Below, in pieces: positions 37,710 through 51,048 of a stretch of DNA of 64,000 nt (positions are counted from its first letter, which is position 1; the number at the start of each line of letters is the position of its first letter). The stretch is from Octopus sinensis (lineage: Eukaryota). The position numbers were made by a program, and so were the translations under genes. The stretch lies in contig NC_043019.1 in assembly GCF_006345805.1 (NCBI RefSeq), forward strand, positions 25,171,360 through 25,235,359. Direction: 5' to 3'. The notes beneath the pieces were generated by a model that was not told the DNA's origin, searched no databases, and saw only the letters and a program-made list of their open reading frames with translations.

Positions 37710-38568
37710 GTAAGTTTCACATTATTTCACTCAGTTTTTCTCCTATACTATTACTTACTCTTCCACCATTGTCATATACAGTTGTTCAACTTGCTAGAAA
37801 TTGCTACCAAACCTCCCTCTAATCACACCCTAATTTTTCACAAAAGGAGTTTGAAAACCCTTGTCCTTAATGAACTTGTACTCTTACCTAGAGTACATGT
37901 ACTACAAAGGGTACGCAAGGAAAATTGCTAGGGTGTGGTGAAGTTTGTAAAAACCACTGGAATTTTGGAGTAATGAAAACCAGTGCCATCTTAAAGCTGG
38001 AGCACAATGGTTAGTTGACCTGGGACCTCACAGGTATAGGTGCCCTATTCTACTTTATACAGTGACTTGTAGTCAATGTATAAATATTATAGGGTCCTAG
38101 TGCATTGAGTTGCTTGAGGGCCTATAATGCTGCTTATGTGGCCCTGATCACAGCTGCTTTTCAATAGTGCATCCTCAGTATTTTAGTGTTTATAAAAGAC
38201 ATCCCCAAATATGTTGTTTGCAAGCTTTGTTTTTGGAATTACAATTAATTACAAATTATACCTGTCTTGTGTCTCTTCTGCAGCAGTCAACCATTTTGCA
38301 CAATATTCTCCATAAAGGGGCATGACAGCATTACTGGAAGGCATTGCAGGAAGAAAAATCTTTAGGAAACCTTAGTTTAGGACGGGGCTGGCCAAGCTGA
38401 GGTTTGATACTTTCTTGAAATGGGTTTATTTGAACAAATGTTTTTAAAATTTTATCAAAAATTAAAGATTGTAATGAAAAGTAAGAAAAGAAAGATACTG
38501 TTTTTGCAACGATAATATTTCATGTTGAATCAACATGGGCAAAACAAATGCTGTACAATTCTAATACA

Positions 38569-38797
38569 TATGGCGTAGTGGTTAAGAGCGCTGGCTACTA
38601 ACCCCAAGATTCTGAGTTCGATTCCAGGCAGTGTCCTGAATAATAATAATAATAATAATAATATCAAAAAAATACCTTAGGAATGAGAATCCATGTTCGA
38701 AATTTCCTCAAGACACCTGATGAAGGCCGGAGGGTATATCAGCTGAAGCGTGTTAACAACAATCAGGATGAGGACAAATATTCATCAAATGTAAATA
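38569..38797 (+). mobile_element. SINE family E: tRNA head plus minimal hammerhead motif
   Basis: A box TGGCGTAGTGG, B box GAGTTCGATTCC, (AAT)n, GACAC-CTGATGA-A-GGCCG..CAGCT-GAAG; 12-bp TSD AATTCTAATACA. Confidence 0.85.
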
Positions 38798-39444
38798 AAT
38801 TCTAATACAGTTCAACATTTACTGTACAGTGTTGCTATAGTCTTATTGGTGAGGTTGAAGGAGTTGTTTATTCTGTACAAAGTGTTGGTTCTGTGGTTCA
38901 GTGTCTGATGGAGCCAACTTCATATCTGATCTTGGAACAATCCTTATGAGGAGTAATGGTTTGGTAACAGAACTGCTAGGGTGGCACAGGAAAAATATGG
39001 ACCTGATTCAGCATAATAAAACACGCATCTAAACTAAACCAGACTAGAATAATCTAACCTTAGCTGAACTGATCTCTTGTACTATCTCTAAACACTTGTT
39101 TTGAGCAAGAGTTTGATTTTAAAACTGGATTAGCATCAAATGCACATCTCTGCTGATGGCATCATACATTCTGGTTAGTTCTTTGTATTTCTGGTAGAAT
39201 ATGGATTGAAAATGATGTTAAAAAAATTTGTATGAACCTAATTTAAAAACATTTTTGTTTGTGCCTTTTCTCTTTTTCTGAAGTATGGTGATCCATCTCA
39301 CTTCATGGCTGGTTGCGGGTATGAGACCATGGACTCTCCCTTGCTGTACCACTCATTATACTCTAGCCAGTTAGTTTCTAGCTTTGTTGGGGATAATTAC
39401 CCTGAATTAGGGAACCACATGCTGATGTGGTTACTCACCTCCAC

Positions 39445-39695
39445 TTCCCAACTGGCAGAAACGCACGGGCGGGCAGCTGAAGACCTGGGCAACGACGATA
39501 AAGGAGGACCTCTCCAAACTCTCAGGTCCTCAGGTGGTCAGTCTGCGCAGATGGAACTGCAAATGGTTCACTATCTCTAGCGACCTCGCACAGGACCGTC
39601 GAGTGTGGGCTGCCATGGTTCATGATGCCGTCAGGACCAGAGAAGAAGCTCGCTCAACCCGCCCTGGGTGAACGCCATCACAAGTACAAGTAAGT
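39445..39695 (+). mobile_element. RTE-clade LINE 3' fragment (second family)
   Basis: WQKRTGGQLKTWATTIKEDL...DLAQDRRVWAAMVHDAV..STRPG*; CAAGTACAAGTAAGTA tail. Confidence 0.8.
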
Positions 39696-40778
39696 AAAGT
39701 TGGGTGGGTCTCTTTGCAATTTTAGTAATGTAATGCTAGTGGTTTGTAAGACCTAAAGGACAGGGTTGGAATTTAGATCTTGTTTCACAGCATTGAGACA
39801 GACACAGTATATTATTGATTATGTATCATCTTATCTGTTAGGTTGAAAGTTCTCGGAGCTAATCTTATCTCTTCTCAGGTGTCCTTCCTTTGTTCTACAT
39901 TTTATCACACCTGCATCTTCTATCCTGAACACTGGCCAATGAGGGCAATTCTATTGTTATATCAAGCCCAACCTGCTTGATATAACAGCTGAATTGCCCT
40001 CTTTAAAACCCATTGTCTTTATAATGAAGATCACTCATTTCTGCCATGTTTCTTACAACAGCATCACCCACAACAGAGCAATGTGGGACTAACTAGAATA
40101 TTTCTTATATAATCTCATGCCATGTAAAAAGCACTCAAAATTCTCTGTAGAGTGGTTGGCATTAGGAAGGGAGGCTTACAAGCTCCTGCCAAACTGTCCA
40201 ACCCCTGTTAGCATGGAAAAAAAAATGTTAAATGATGATGTCAGGATCTAGGGCAGTGTTCATGACCCATTTCAGAGATCTTGAAACTGAGGTTGTGGTG
40301 TGACAGGTGGAGGACTGGAGTGGGTGGTTGCAGAGAGAGAGTATCTTTAAATTGGAAATCTGATCTGAATGTTTGCAATAATGTGGATGCATGGTATCTA
40401 AGGGTTAGGTGGTGTTGTCATAGTAGATGATAACAGGGTAGACTCAGCTAAAAGTACCCAAGGGCTGGGTGGTGGTATGTTGCGGTTGGATTTGAACTTA
40501 GAATGCAGAGTCAGTCATCACGCTAATGTTCTGCTTCTCCACATCTACTTTATTTCTTAACTTCAAAAGTACCTATTTATATTTTGCATCTTACTTAAAG
40601 CTGACAGTAGACCTTGGCAGTAGCCCTTTGGCTGGTCAGCACCTGTCAACCCATCCAACACATGCCAGCATGGAAAACATGTTAAATGATGATGGCACCA
40701 TTGACAGGCAAGATACTACAGTATTTGGCTGACATAAAATCTCTTACTGATGCGCTGTGTTAAAAACAATATATATTA

Positions 40779-41189
40779 TTATTTACATTATTTACATTTG
40801 ACGGATATTTGTCCTCATCTTATTTGTTGTTAACACAACATTTCAGCTGATATACCCTCCAGCTTTCTTCAGGTGTCTTGGGGAAATTTCAAACCTGGGT
40901 TCTCATTCCTAAGATATTTTTTGATGTTTATTCAGGTCACTGCTTGGAATTGAACTCGGAATCTTGGGGTTAGTAGCCCATGCTCTTAATCATTATACCC
41001 ACGGGAATATGGCATAGTGGTTAAGAGCATGGGATACTAACCCCAAGATTCCATGTTTGATTCCAGGTAGTGACCTGAATAATCATAATAATATCAAAAA
41101 ATACCTTAGGAATGAGAACCCAGATTCAAAATTTCCCCAAGACACCTGATGAAGGCTGGAGGGTATATCAGCCGAAATGTGTGAACAAT
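40779..41189. mobile_element. SINE family E, head-to-head inverted pair, each with a hammerhead motif
   Basis: Minus copy ~40779-40998 (HHR 40832-40877); plus copy ~40998-41189 (HHR core 41141-41177). Confidence 0.85.
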
Positions 41190-42111
41190 CTTGAGATTTC
41201 AGAGCATGTGTTCCTACCTTCTTTGATCATATTCCATCCATCTTCCCTGCTAGCTATTCTTTGGCAGCTCATGGGGGTTGGGTCCTAACAGAAGCAACTG
41301 TCATTTGGCTTTCTGGCTGAATTCCCAAATGAGACCAAAACCCTGGACATTATCTTTGATTCGATTTATCCACTGAATCAGCATTTTTGCTTACTGACTG
41401 TGGTTTCGATTTTTTTTTTCTTTTTTTGCTAGCTTCATTATGTTAACACTAACTTAGCTATTTGCTTTCCATGCAGATGGGGTCCTTAGGTTATCCACCA
41501 CCCCTGCCACCAAAGCATTATATTCCAACATAGCTGTCACACTGGTATATATTATCAGATTAATGCTTTTGTGTGCAAATTATAAATTAAGACTTTGGGT
41601 CAACTTGACAAAAAAAGCATATTTAACCGCACAAAAGAAGCAACGATCTTTCGGTAACTAATTGTATTAATTAATCCAGTTAACAATCCCCGTTAAAGTA
41701 GAACAATTTAACAGTTTGTGGCTGAGGTGAAAAAGCAGAAAAAGGAAGTATTGGCGAGTTTTAATTGGTCCATTATTAGAGGCATTTTTGGAATTTTTTG
41801 AAAATACAATACACTCAATTTTCTGGCATCCAAGTCAGATTTTTTCAAACCCAAAGAGACAACCAAAAACGAAGGTGAGTCAACATAAAGAGCAAGGAGA
41901 TGTTGGAGGGCTAAAAATTCCATTTGAAATGAAGCAGGATTTGCAAAGATGTGATGGTGTTTGAATGTTTATGGTGGAAAATACTGGATGTATGTGAGGG
42001 TCAATGAAAGAAACCTCTACATAATCAGTAGAACCTGTTAGAAATAGTAGCTAGATCTCTTTCAGATTGCCTCCTCCTGTCTTATGAATGTACATACCAT
42101 GTTCTCTGACA

Positions 42112-42440
42112 TCTCTATATATATAAATGGCAAAATGTCTGTGTGCGTGTCCTTTATATAAATCCACAATTTTTCAGTTAGAGGGCTCGCACTTTCTATG
42201 GTCATTCAAAACCATCCAAGGGTGGTCGTGCACATCTTTACATTTCCCCTGTCACCCCACAAAGCCATTAAAAAATCAATAGAAGTGACTTTTTGTGAAT
42301 TTTCTATCCAAAACCCAATCAAAATGCCCGAAACTTGATACGCCAATTGAATGCCAGTTAGCTGTATGTGATTGCTCAGAGATTTGGACAGTACTCGTGT
42401 GTATGTGTGCACGCATGCAGCTGTATATACATGCAGTAGT
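42112..42440 (+). mobile_element. Helitron 5' fragment
   Basis: A|TCTCTATATATATAAATGGCAAAATGTCTGTGTG start; no CTAG end seen. Confidence 0.55.
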
Positions 42441-42644
42441 ATAAATATAATTTTCAGACCAAAATTTAAGCTATAAACTGTAGGATGTCTTATACATCAA
42501 GACAAATTTGGATGACCAAAGATTTCAAGTAAAATGCAATAGAATTTGGGAAGATAGTGATGGTGTTTGAATGTTTGACCCTCCTGTCTTAGACGTGAGA
42601 TGAGGGCCCTGCTATTTCTTGCTGGACAGCCTGCACAAACGATT

Positions 42645-42870
42645 TGTCTATAGTGACCACATGTTTGTGCTGTGCATTAACTCACTCTCCCCGTCAAATT
42701 GACATTGCCTGAACAGGTGCATGATGTGCCACATGTCAGCTGTCGAAGTATGGCAGAACAACAAGAGATCAAATGTTCTGGTCACCAACACAATGCACTG
42801 CCCAGTCCAAGAATCAAAACTGTGATCTTGTAATCGTGAGTGCAACACCTCAACTACCTGGCCACATACC
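42645..42870 (-). mobile_element. tRNA-headed SINE, family-D-like head with a different body
   Basis: Minus: TGGCCAGGTAGTTGAGGTGTTGCACTCACGATTACAAGATCACAGTTTTGATTCTTGGACTGG, similar to the 18456 head. Confidence 0.6.
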
Positions 42871-42911
42871 CCCATTTTATATAAACCTGCAATTTTTTAT
42901 TCTTTTTTTTT

Positions 42912-43225
42912 TCTTTTATTCTTTTACTTGTTTCACTCATTTTGACTGCGGCCATGCTGGAGCACCGCCTTTAGTCGAGCAAATCAACCCCCGGGACTTA
43001 TTCTTTGTAAGCCCAGTACTTATTCTATCGGTCTCTTTTGCCGAACCGCTAAGTGCCGAACCGCAAGATGAGCTTCTTTCAGTTTCTGTCTACCAAATCC
43101 ACTCCCAAAACTTTGGTCATGCTTGGGTTATTGTAGAAGACAGTTGCTCAAGTTTCACACAGTGGGACTGAACCAGGAACCATGTGGTTGGTAAACAAGC
43201 TACTTACCTCAAACCACACCTGTGC
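42912..43225 (-). mobile_element. SINE family A, internally deleted
   Basis: Tail and head blocks joined at a duplicated GCCGAACCGC. Confidence 0.8.
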
Positions 43226-43875
43226 GTATACAAATAACACTTTTATAATCTGGGAAGAGAAGTTGTCAAGTTTCAAAGTCACTGATTTCAAATGGTTTCT
43301 TTCTCACTGGTTTTCAATGAAATATTCACACCTCTACAGAGCAGCTGACCTCCATAACAGTACACAGGTTTTGTTTCCTGTATCAGACTACTACATTACA
43401 GCTATTGTGTCTGTGTTTAATTGAGGTTTTGATGGGAATGTGCCATCAATTCATGAATTCGTTTGACACCAGAAATAAAATTTATATTTGTCTCTGAGTA
43501 GTGGGTCTTACCTTTGGAGGTCAGTGTGTTTGATTTCAACAATGTCATGCTACAGAAAACAGGTAATGTGTTGGTATCTTAGGAGGTGGTGAAGTAGCTG
43601 CTGATAACAGAGATAATGTGTTTTGTATTGTTAGTTACATTTCGTGTCTTAATAATAATGATCCCTTCTATTATATGCACAGACCCTGGGAGGGAGTAAG
43701 TTGGTTACATCAACCCCAGTAATCAACTTATAGTTTGCTTTTTCATGCTTTTTGGGGCTGATAAAACAAAGTCAACACTGGTGGAATTTGAACTCGGGAT
43801 GCAAAGACAGACACAAAATACTGTTAAGCCTTTTGCCCAGTGTACTAATGATTCTGCCTGCTCACCACCTTAATA

Positions 43876-43910
<35 letters not shown>

Positions 43911-44358
43911 TATTATTCCAAATTTTGGCACATGGTAGTTTGTTTTATTGAGGATGAAAGACAAAGCTGACCTCAGCAGAATTTGAACTCTGATGGATGA
44001 AATACTGCTAAGCATTTTGTGTGGTGTGTAACAATTCTGCCAGCTTACTGTCTTAATGAAAATAATAATGATGGTAATAATAATAATAATAATTTCTACT
44101 GTAGGCACAAGACTTGAAAATTTCATGGTAGTAGTAGTAGTAATAATAATTCTTTCTTTATTGGCCAAAGGGTCCACAAGCAAACTTTTTGTTTAACCCT
44201 TTAGCATTCAGATTACTTTGTCAAATATAATAATGCTTATACATTCAAATTGTTTTCAATTAACCATGCACTATCTCGCTGCTTCTAGAGTTCAATAATG
44301 TGATAGTATATTTCTAGAGGCAGAATTTGGTCAGATTAAAGATAAACCTTGTAGAATA

Positions 44359-44482
44359 TTTTTCTCACAGATGGTGCCCAACTGACCCTACTATACTGTG
44401 TAGTTGACAGAATAAAAAGCAAGCAATGCGCATGCGCAAGATTAACAATATAAAATGGCAACAATTTACCTATCACACCCTG
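44359..44482 (-). mobile_element. Left-end fragment of the maT element family at 8628
   Basis: Reverse complement of CAGGGTGTGAT..GGTCAGTTGGGCACC..GAGAAAAA. Confidence 0.8.
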
Positions 44483-44617
44483 TGTATATAAATATATATA
44501 TATAGGTTGAAGCTATATGCCAAGGGCAGGGATCCCATGTTCTCGTGTGTAAATTTGTGTGTTTTTTTTAACTATGAATAAATGAAAGAATGGAGTCAAA
44601 CGACGATTTTAACAAAA

Positions 44618-44716
44618 TTCCTTTACTCTCGACACATGTTTCGAAGGCTGCATATTCCTAATTCCGAAGGAATAAAGGGTGCTTTATGCCACCATCTCAT
44701 CAGGAAAGACAAGGAA
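44618..44716 (-). ncRNA. Canonical type I hammerhead ribozyme in a ~235-bp element (44503-44740) flanked by (TA)n
   Basis: Minus: TTCCTTGTCTTTC-CTGATGA-GATGGTGGCATA..TATGCAGCCTTC-GAAA-CA-TG-T-GTC-GAGAGTAAAGGAA. Confidence 0.8.
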
Positions 44717-44740
44717 CTTATGTCAGTATCATAAAGAGCA

Positions 44741-44777
<37 letters not shown>

Positions 44778-45231
44778 ACTGGCTTCTTTCAGTTTCCGTC
44801 TGCCAAATCCACTCACAAAGCTTAGGTTGGCCTAAGGTTATAGTGGAAGACATTTGTCAAAGGTGCCACGTAATGAGACTGAACCTGGAACCATGTGGTT
44901 GGGAAGCAAACATATTAGCCCCAGCCACACCTTTTTGTCTGACAAGAAAAATTTTTTAAATTCCAAATACTTTTCCGCCACCAAATGGAGAAAATATGAA
45001 TAAAGCAACCCCCACCACCACCCCGACAAAAGAAAAAATAACAAAAAACATGAGAAAATGAGGAAAATGGGTTTGCCAACACTTTGTAACAAGTCCGCAA
45101 TAAAAAAAAGTTAGAAATAAAGGAAGAAAATAACCCTCAGTTGAAAAGTAATCCGATATATTTTCTAAAACTCAGGAGATTTGTAAGAGACATATCTATT
45201 GCAGGCAACTACAATGATGATAATAATAATG

Positions 45232-45262
<31 letters not shown>

Positions 45263-45620
45263 CAGCATTAATGATAACAACAATAATAGTAAAGAGTTGT
45301 GAAGTTTACTGCAGGCATTATATGGGATCAGTTTTAATGTCTCATATTTAGGATTAGCAGATTTATTTTTGATCATTTCTATTGTCCTGAGAAATGGGGT
45401 TCGGAGAGGGGGGGGTTCTAATCTGCCCTTTTTCACCACCACCATCACCCAGCTCCGTACATTTCTATTTTTGTTTGTTTAGTTATGTTTGCTCTCTTTT
45501 CTTGTTATTTACATGCATTTTGTTATTTGTGTGTGTGTGTGGCTTCTATTTTTATTTTCTAGTCACTAGGACTTACATATGCATATTTTTATGCATACAT
45601 GCATCATAAATGTATGTACT

Positions 45621-45663
<43 letters not shown>

Positions 45664-46288
45664 CCTTAAAAAATCCTTAAAAATGTTTTAGCCCAAAGGC
45701 AACGGCCATGCTGGGGCACCATATATATATGTGTGTGTAAATCTGTACATATACAGATCTGTATGTGTGTGTATGTGTTTGTAAATATATATATATGTAT
45801 GTATGTATGTATATAGGCATGTAAATATGTATGTATGTAAGCACCCCTTCTCTCAAAGTATGTATAATCTAGGGATGAGTGCAGTTATTGTCTAAGATTA
45901 TGTAGACGTATTACTACATTAGGCTGACTTAGTTCAGTTCATCATCATCATCATCATCATCATAAGGGGGAGCAATAATTGTGGTGATGGTGTGAGGGAG
46001 TAAAGTGTGTGTGAGCAATAGAGTAACATGTGTGTGTGTGTGTTGAAGAACCTGACCAAAAGTGGGTGGTTTAATGGTTACTATGAGGAGTATTTTAAAG
46101 TATTACTGTTGTTATTGAGTAATCGGCTGATACATTGAGATTAGTGGATGTGTTGGCAGTGAGAGATTAAAACAGAATTTGCCAGGCCCTTTATAATAAT
46201 AATGATATCAACAATTATATGTGTGTGTTCATCTGATGCCCTCCCCTATTACCTAAATTTTCACTTAATGTAATGGTAGTAAAGATAT

Positions 46289-46502
46289 TACTCTTTTACT
46301 TGTTTCAGTCATTTGACTGCGGCCGTGCTGGAGCACCGCCTTAATCGAGCAAATCGACCCCGGGACTTATTCTTTTGTAAGCCCAGTACTTATTCTATCG
46401 GTCTCTTTTGCCGAGCCGCTAAGTGACGGGGACATACACACACCAGCATCGGTTGTCAAGCAATGCTAGGGGAACAAACACAGACACACAAACACACACA
46501 CA

Positions 46503-46547
<45 letters not shown>

Positions 46548-46733
46548 GTATATATATATACACATATATACGACAGGCTTCTTTCAGTTTCCGTCTACCA
46601 AATCCACTCACAAGGCTTTGGTCGGCCCGAGGCTATAGTAGAAGACACTTGCCCAAGGTGCCATGCAGTGGGACTGAACCCGGAACCATGTGGTTGGTAA
46701 ACAAGCTACTTACCACACAGCCACTCCTGCACC
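46289..46733 (-). mobile_element. SINE family A, full length
   Basis: Near-consensus. Confidence 0.92.
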
Positions 46734-47557
46734 TATATGATCATCATCATTTAATGTCTGTTGTCTATGCTGGCATGGGTTAGATGGTGTGACCAGAGCT
46801 GGAAAGCTGGGGCATTGCACTGGACCCCAGTCTGATTTGGCATGGTTTCTACAGCTGGGTGCCCTTCCTAATGCCAATCATTTTACAGAGTGTCCTGGGT
46901 GCTTTTATGTGTCACTGCCACAAGTGCTTTTCACAAGCAGAGGGACTGGTCTTAACACCTCTGCTGTGGAGTATAGGTCTTCTTGGTCCTTTGTCATCTT
47001 GCCTGAAAGGTTCAGTATCCTGAAGTCATTCTTCAGCATGCATACATGTGCTAACACACACACACACATTTTAAGTTTACCTTGATAGATTTTGTGTAGA
47101 ATTCAGAGCCAGCACTGTGAATTTTGTATACAAATATATAAGCAATGCAATCAGAGATAGAAAAAGTAGGCAATGGGTGTTTATACATATTTCAAGAGTT
47201 ATTGTCCTTTCATCAGAGTTATAACTTTCAGTGCTTGCTCTGAATCCTATGAAAAATTTGTAAAGATAAACTTTAAAATGAGAATTTTGCACTGCTAACA
47301 CAAAAGTAAGACAATACTGACTTGTAAACCTTTAATATACTTGGTTGTGTATTATGGTTGCAAAACAAATTACTGTATCCTGACTAGCAATTAATGCACA
47401 CACACGCACACACATTGCAAATCATATTTGTAATATCCAATAGATGGGGAATGTAGCCTCAAAACCATGTGATATGTGGAAACGTATGTAGCAATACATT
47501 AAAGGATTTATGAATTTCCATCCAAAAGTTCTTTTTACTGTATACATACATACATAC

Positions 47558-48010
47558 ATCATCAGCATCATCCTTTAATGTCCGCTTTCCATGCTAGCAT
47601 GGATTGGATGATTTGACTGAGGTCTGGCGAACCAGATGGCTACACCAGATTCCAATCTGATCTGGCAGAGTTTCTACAGATTGATACCCTTCCTAACGCC
47701 AACCACTCTGATAGTGTAGTGGGTGCTTTTATGTGCCACCGGCACGAGGGCCAGTCAGGCAGTACTGGCAGCGTCACGCTCAAATGGTGCTTTTTATGTG
47801 CCACCTGCACAGGAGCCAGTCCAGCGGCACTGGCAACGACCTTGCTTGAATATTTTTTTCACGTGCCACCAGCACAAGTGCCAGTAAGGCGAGCAGGTAA
47901 CGATCACGCTCGAATGGTGCTTTTTACGTGCCATCAGCTCTGGCAACGATCACGCTCGTATGGTACTCTTAGCGCTCCACTAGCACGGATGCCAGTCACT
48001 GAATTTGATT
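47558..48010 (-). mobile_element. SINE family C variant with a ~65-bp internal tandem array
   Basis: About five GTGCTTTTTA(C/T)GTGCCACC units; sister copy at 62088-62445. Confidence 0.85.
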
Positions 48011-48193
48011 TCAATATATATATATATATATATAATTATCATCATCGTTTAACGTCCGCTTTCCATGCTATGAATCATTATGTTTAATTCTCTATAATTT
48101 CCTGTCCGTGTTTAAATGTTGTAGGGGTTACTGCTTTTTGTCATCTGGTTATACTGGAACATCACTGTCAGAAAGTATGTTAATATTCTAAAA

Positions 48194-48394
48194 CAGTGGT
48201 TTTCAACCAGGGTTCCGCCAGTACAGTCCAGGGGTTCCACAAGAAGTTACAAAAATGCTAAAATCGACAGTAATTTTTAATTCTCCTGCGCAGATATGTG
48301 TGCATAGGACAATTAAATTATTACACAGGGGTTCCTCGAGCCAGTGAAATGTTTTCTTGGGGTTCCGCTCCAGCAAAAAGTTTGAAAAGCACTG
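48194..48394. mobile_element. hAT MITE
   Basis: CAGTGGTTTTCAA / TTGAAAAGCACTG; perfect 8-bp TSD TTCTAAAA. Confidence 0.92.
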
Positions 48395-49400
48395 TTCTAA
48401 AATAATATTAACTACCTTCTACTAATATACATACAATTTGAAACCTTGCTGTCTGTGAATGTGTGTGTCTCTGTTTTTGAATTTGCATGTTTGCTTGCAC
48501 ACACACACGTGTATTTGTCTATATTTATAGAGCAACAGAGAGTAGGAAAGAGTGTGAAAGAGTCTTGTGTTTGTACATTGGTAGTTTATAGTATGTACTT
48601 TGGAAATATGTATATTGGCTGTCTGTGTATGCATTGTTTTATACACACACAAACACAGAGGTATGTCTGCCCTTGTGAGAGTTAATGTAATATGGATTTA
48701 TCAAGGAAAATTAAATAAAACTTTTCACACACATACACAAACATATATACCTCTGCTCACATAACACACATTCTTACTCTCTGTCTCTCTCTGTCTCTCT
48801 TTTCCTCCCCTCCCCCACCCCGACACCCCTCCTCAGGCCTTGGTCTGTTGACAAAACAGGGTATTTACTACTGTAATGGATGATCCCATTCACTCAGTTG
48901 TCAACCCAGTTTTCACAAAGCTTCAGTCACATTCTCTCTCTCTCTCTCCCTGTCTCCCTCTCTTTTCCTGCACCCCTAGCTTCCCCTTCCTCTTGATCTA
49001 CCACCCCACCAACACCACCACCATCACATACCTTCAGATTGTTTAATCCTTGTCAATTATTTCTTGTCTACCTGAATGGGGAAGGTGGCATTCCTATTGT
49101 CAGTGCATATGATCAACTCTGCCTTCATTTTGAGAGAGAGAGACAGAAGTGATTTTTAAGTAAGACTTTAAAATGATTGCATTTGATATATATTTTGTGA
49201 ATAGCATATATCATCATCATAATTTAAAGTCTGTTTTTCATGCTGGCATGGGTGGGATGGTTTGACAGACCCTGGTGAGCCACAGAGCTGTGTCAGATTC
49301 CAATGTCAGATTAGGGCATAGATTCTACAGCTGGATACCTTCCCTAACTCAATACCAACCTCTTTACAATGTACACTGGGTGCTTTTTTTCTATGATACC

Positions 49401-49631
49401 TATTTCTTTATTACCCACAAGGGGCTAAACACAGAGGGGACAAACAAGGACAGACATAGGTATTAAGTCGATTACATCGACCCCAGTGCATAACTGGTAC
49501 TTAATTTATCGACCCCGAAAGGATGAAAGGCAAAGTCGACCTCGGCGGAATTTGAACTCACAACGTAACGGCAGCCGAAATACCGCTAAGCATTTCGCCC
49601 GACGTGCTAACGATTCTACCAGCTCGCCGCC
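49401..49631 (-). mobile_element. SINE family B
   Basis: Near-consensus copy with head GGCGGCGAGCTGG. Confidence 0.9.
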
Positions 49632-49833
49632 TTCTAATATATGCATGCACATACACACACACACATGTGCACATGCATTGGGAGTCCAATGAAGGCCAGC
49701 GAGCAGAAGCTTTGAAGACACTCTCAATGCTATTCTTGCTAATTAAAGAACAAAAAATATGTCTAAAAGGATTGAGTAATTCCTCAGTTTAATGTTAAAT
49801 TGTTTTTATTATAACTTGGCATAGCAAACAAAC

Positions 49834-49869
<36 letters not shown>

Positions 49870-51048
49870 TTGTTTAACTTCCGTTTTCCATGGTGGTATG
49901 GGTTGGACGGTTTGACTGGAGGTCTGGGAAGCCAGGAGGCTGCACCAGGCTCCAGTCTGATCTGGCAGTGTTTCTACAGCTGGATGCCCTTCCTAATGCC
50001 AACCACTCTACCACTCTGAGAGTCTAGTGGGGCCAGAAGGGGCTGACAACGACCCCCTCTCTCTCTCTCTCTCTTTATATATATATATAAAGAGGGAGTG
50101 TTAAACTAATACACCTACTTGTTCCTTCATCATCTTCATTGTTTAACATCTGTTTTCCATACTGGCATGGGTTGGATGGTTTAGACTGAGGACAGTCAAA
50201 GACCTCAAAATTGTGTGACCTGACCTGGTTTTTGATGTTGTTTTTATAGTAAAAATGAGTTATTGTGCAAAAAACTTTATTTGGTAGCTGAAAGATTACT
50301 GAATCTTTTGATACCTCATGCATCAAAATCAGCAACTCGTTTTTTGAATCCATAAGGATCATATGCGCATGCACACATATACACATACTGACACACACAC
50401 ACACACATATGTTTTTTTTGTCTTGCAAGTACTTGGTGACCCTGTCAGTGCAGGTGCCACTTAAAAGCACCCAGGCCACACTGTGAAGTGGTTGGTGTTT
50501 GGAAGGACATCCAGCTGTAAGAACCTTGCCAAAACTGACCTCACCTGTGCTTGTGCCACATAAAAAGTACTAAGTCCACCCTTCTGCGTGGTTGGTATTA
50601 GGAAGGGCATCCAGCTATAAAAATCCTTCCAAAACAGTCACAGAAGTCTAGTGCAGGCTTCTGCCTGGCCAGCTCTTGTGAAACGATCCCACCCATGCTA
50701 GCATGGAAGGTGGACATTAAATGACAACAATGACACACACACAAACACATGCATTATTTTCTTTTCTCCTTTCTGTAGAACAACATAAACTTGGAATGTG
50801 AAAGGCTTCTTTAATTTTCCTGAGCATCAAGCGAATACACCCCATTAGTTGTTTCCTCACCTGTCCTTGTCTTTTGTTTTTTGTACAATTTGAACCATAT
50901 ACACACATATACACACAAATATATGTGTGTGTGTGTATAGTTGAACGAAAGCATAAACAGGAAATCACTAGGTATTTAATCAATTATCAGCTTATATTTA
51001 TATTACATTGTTGAGAATTATAAATATGTATGAATAAAAATGCATATA

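Noticed and set aside
38569-38640. tRNA gene
   Set aside because: A/B boxes present, but it is the head of a TSD-flanked repeat with no complete cloverleaf or oligo-T terminator
47720-48000. CRISPR-like array (palindromic repeat plus spacers)
   Set aside because: The spacers are homologous to each other, the array is internal to a SINE, and the context is eukaryotic with no cas genes
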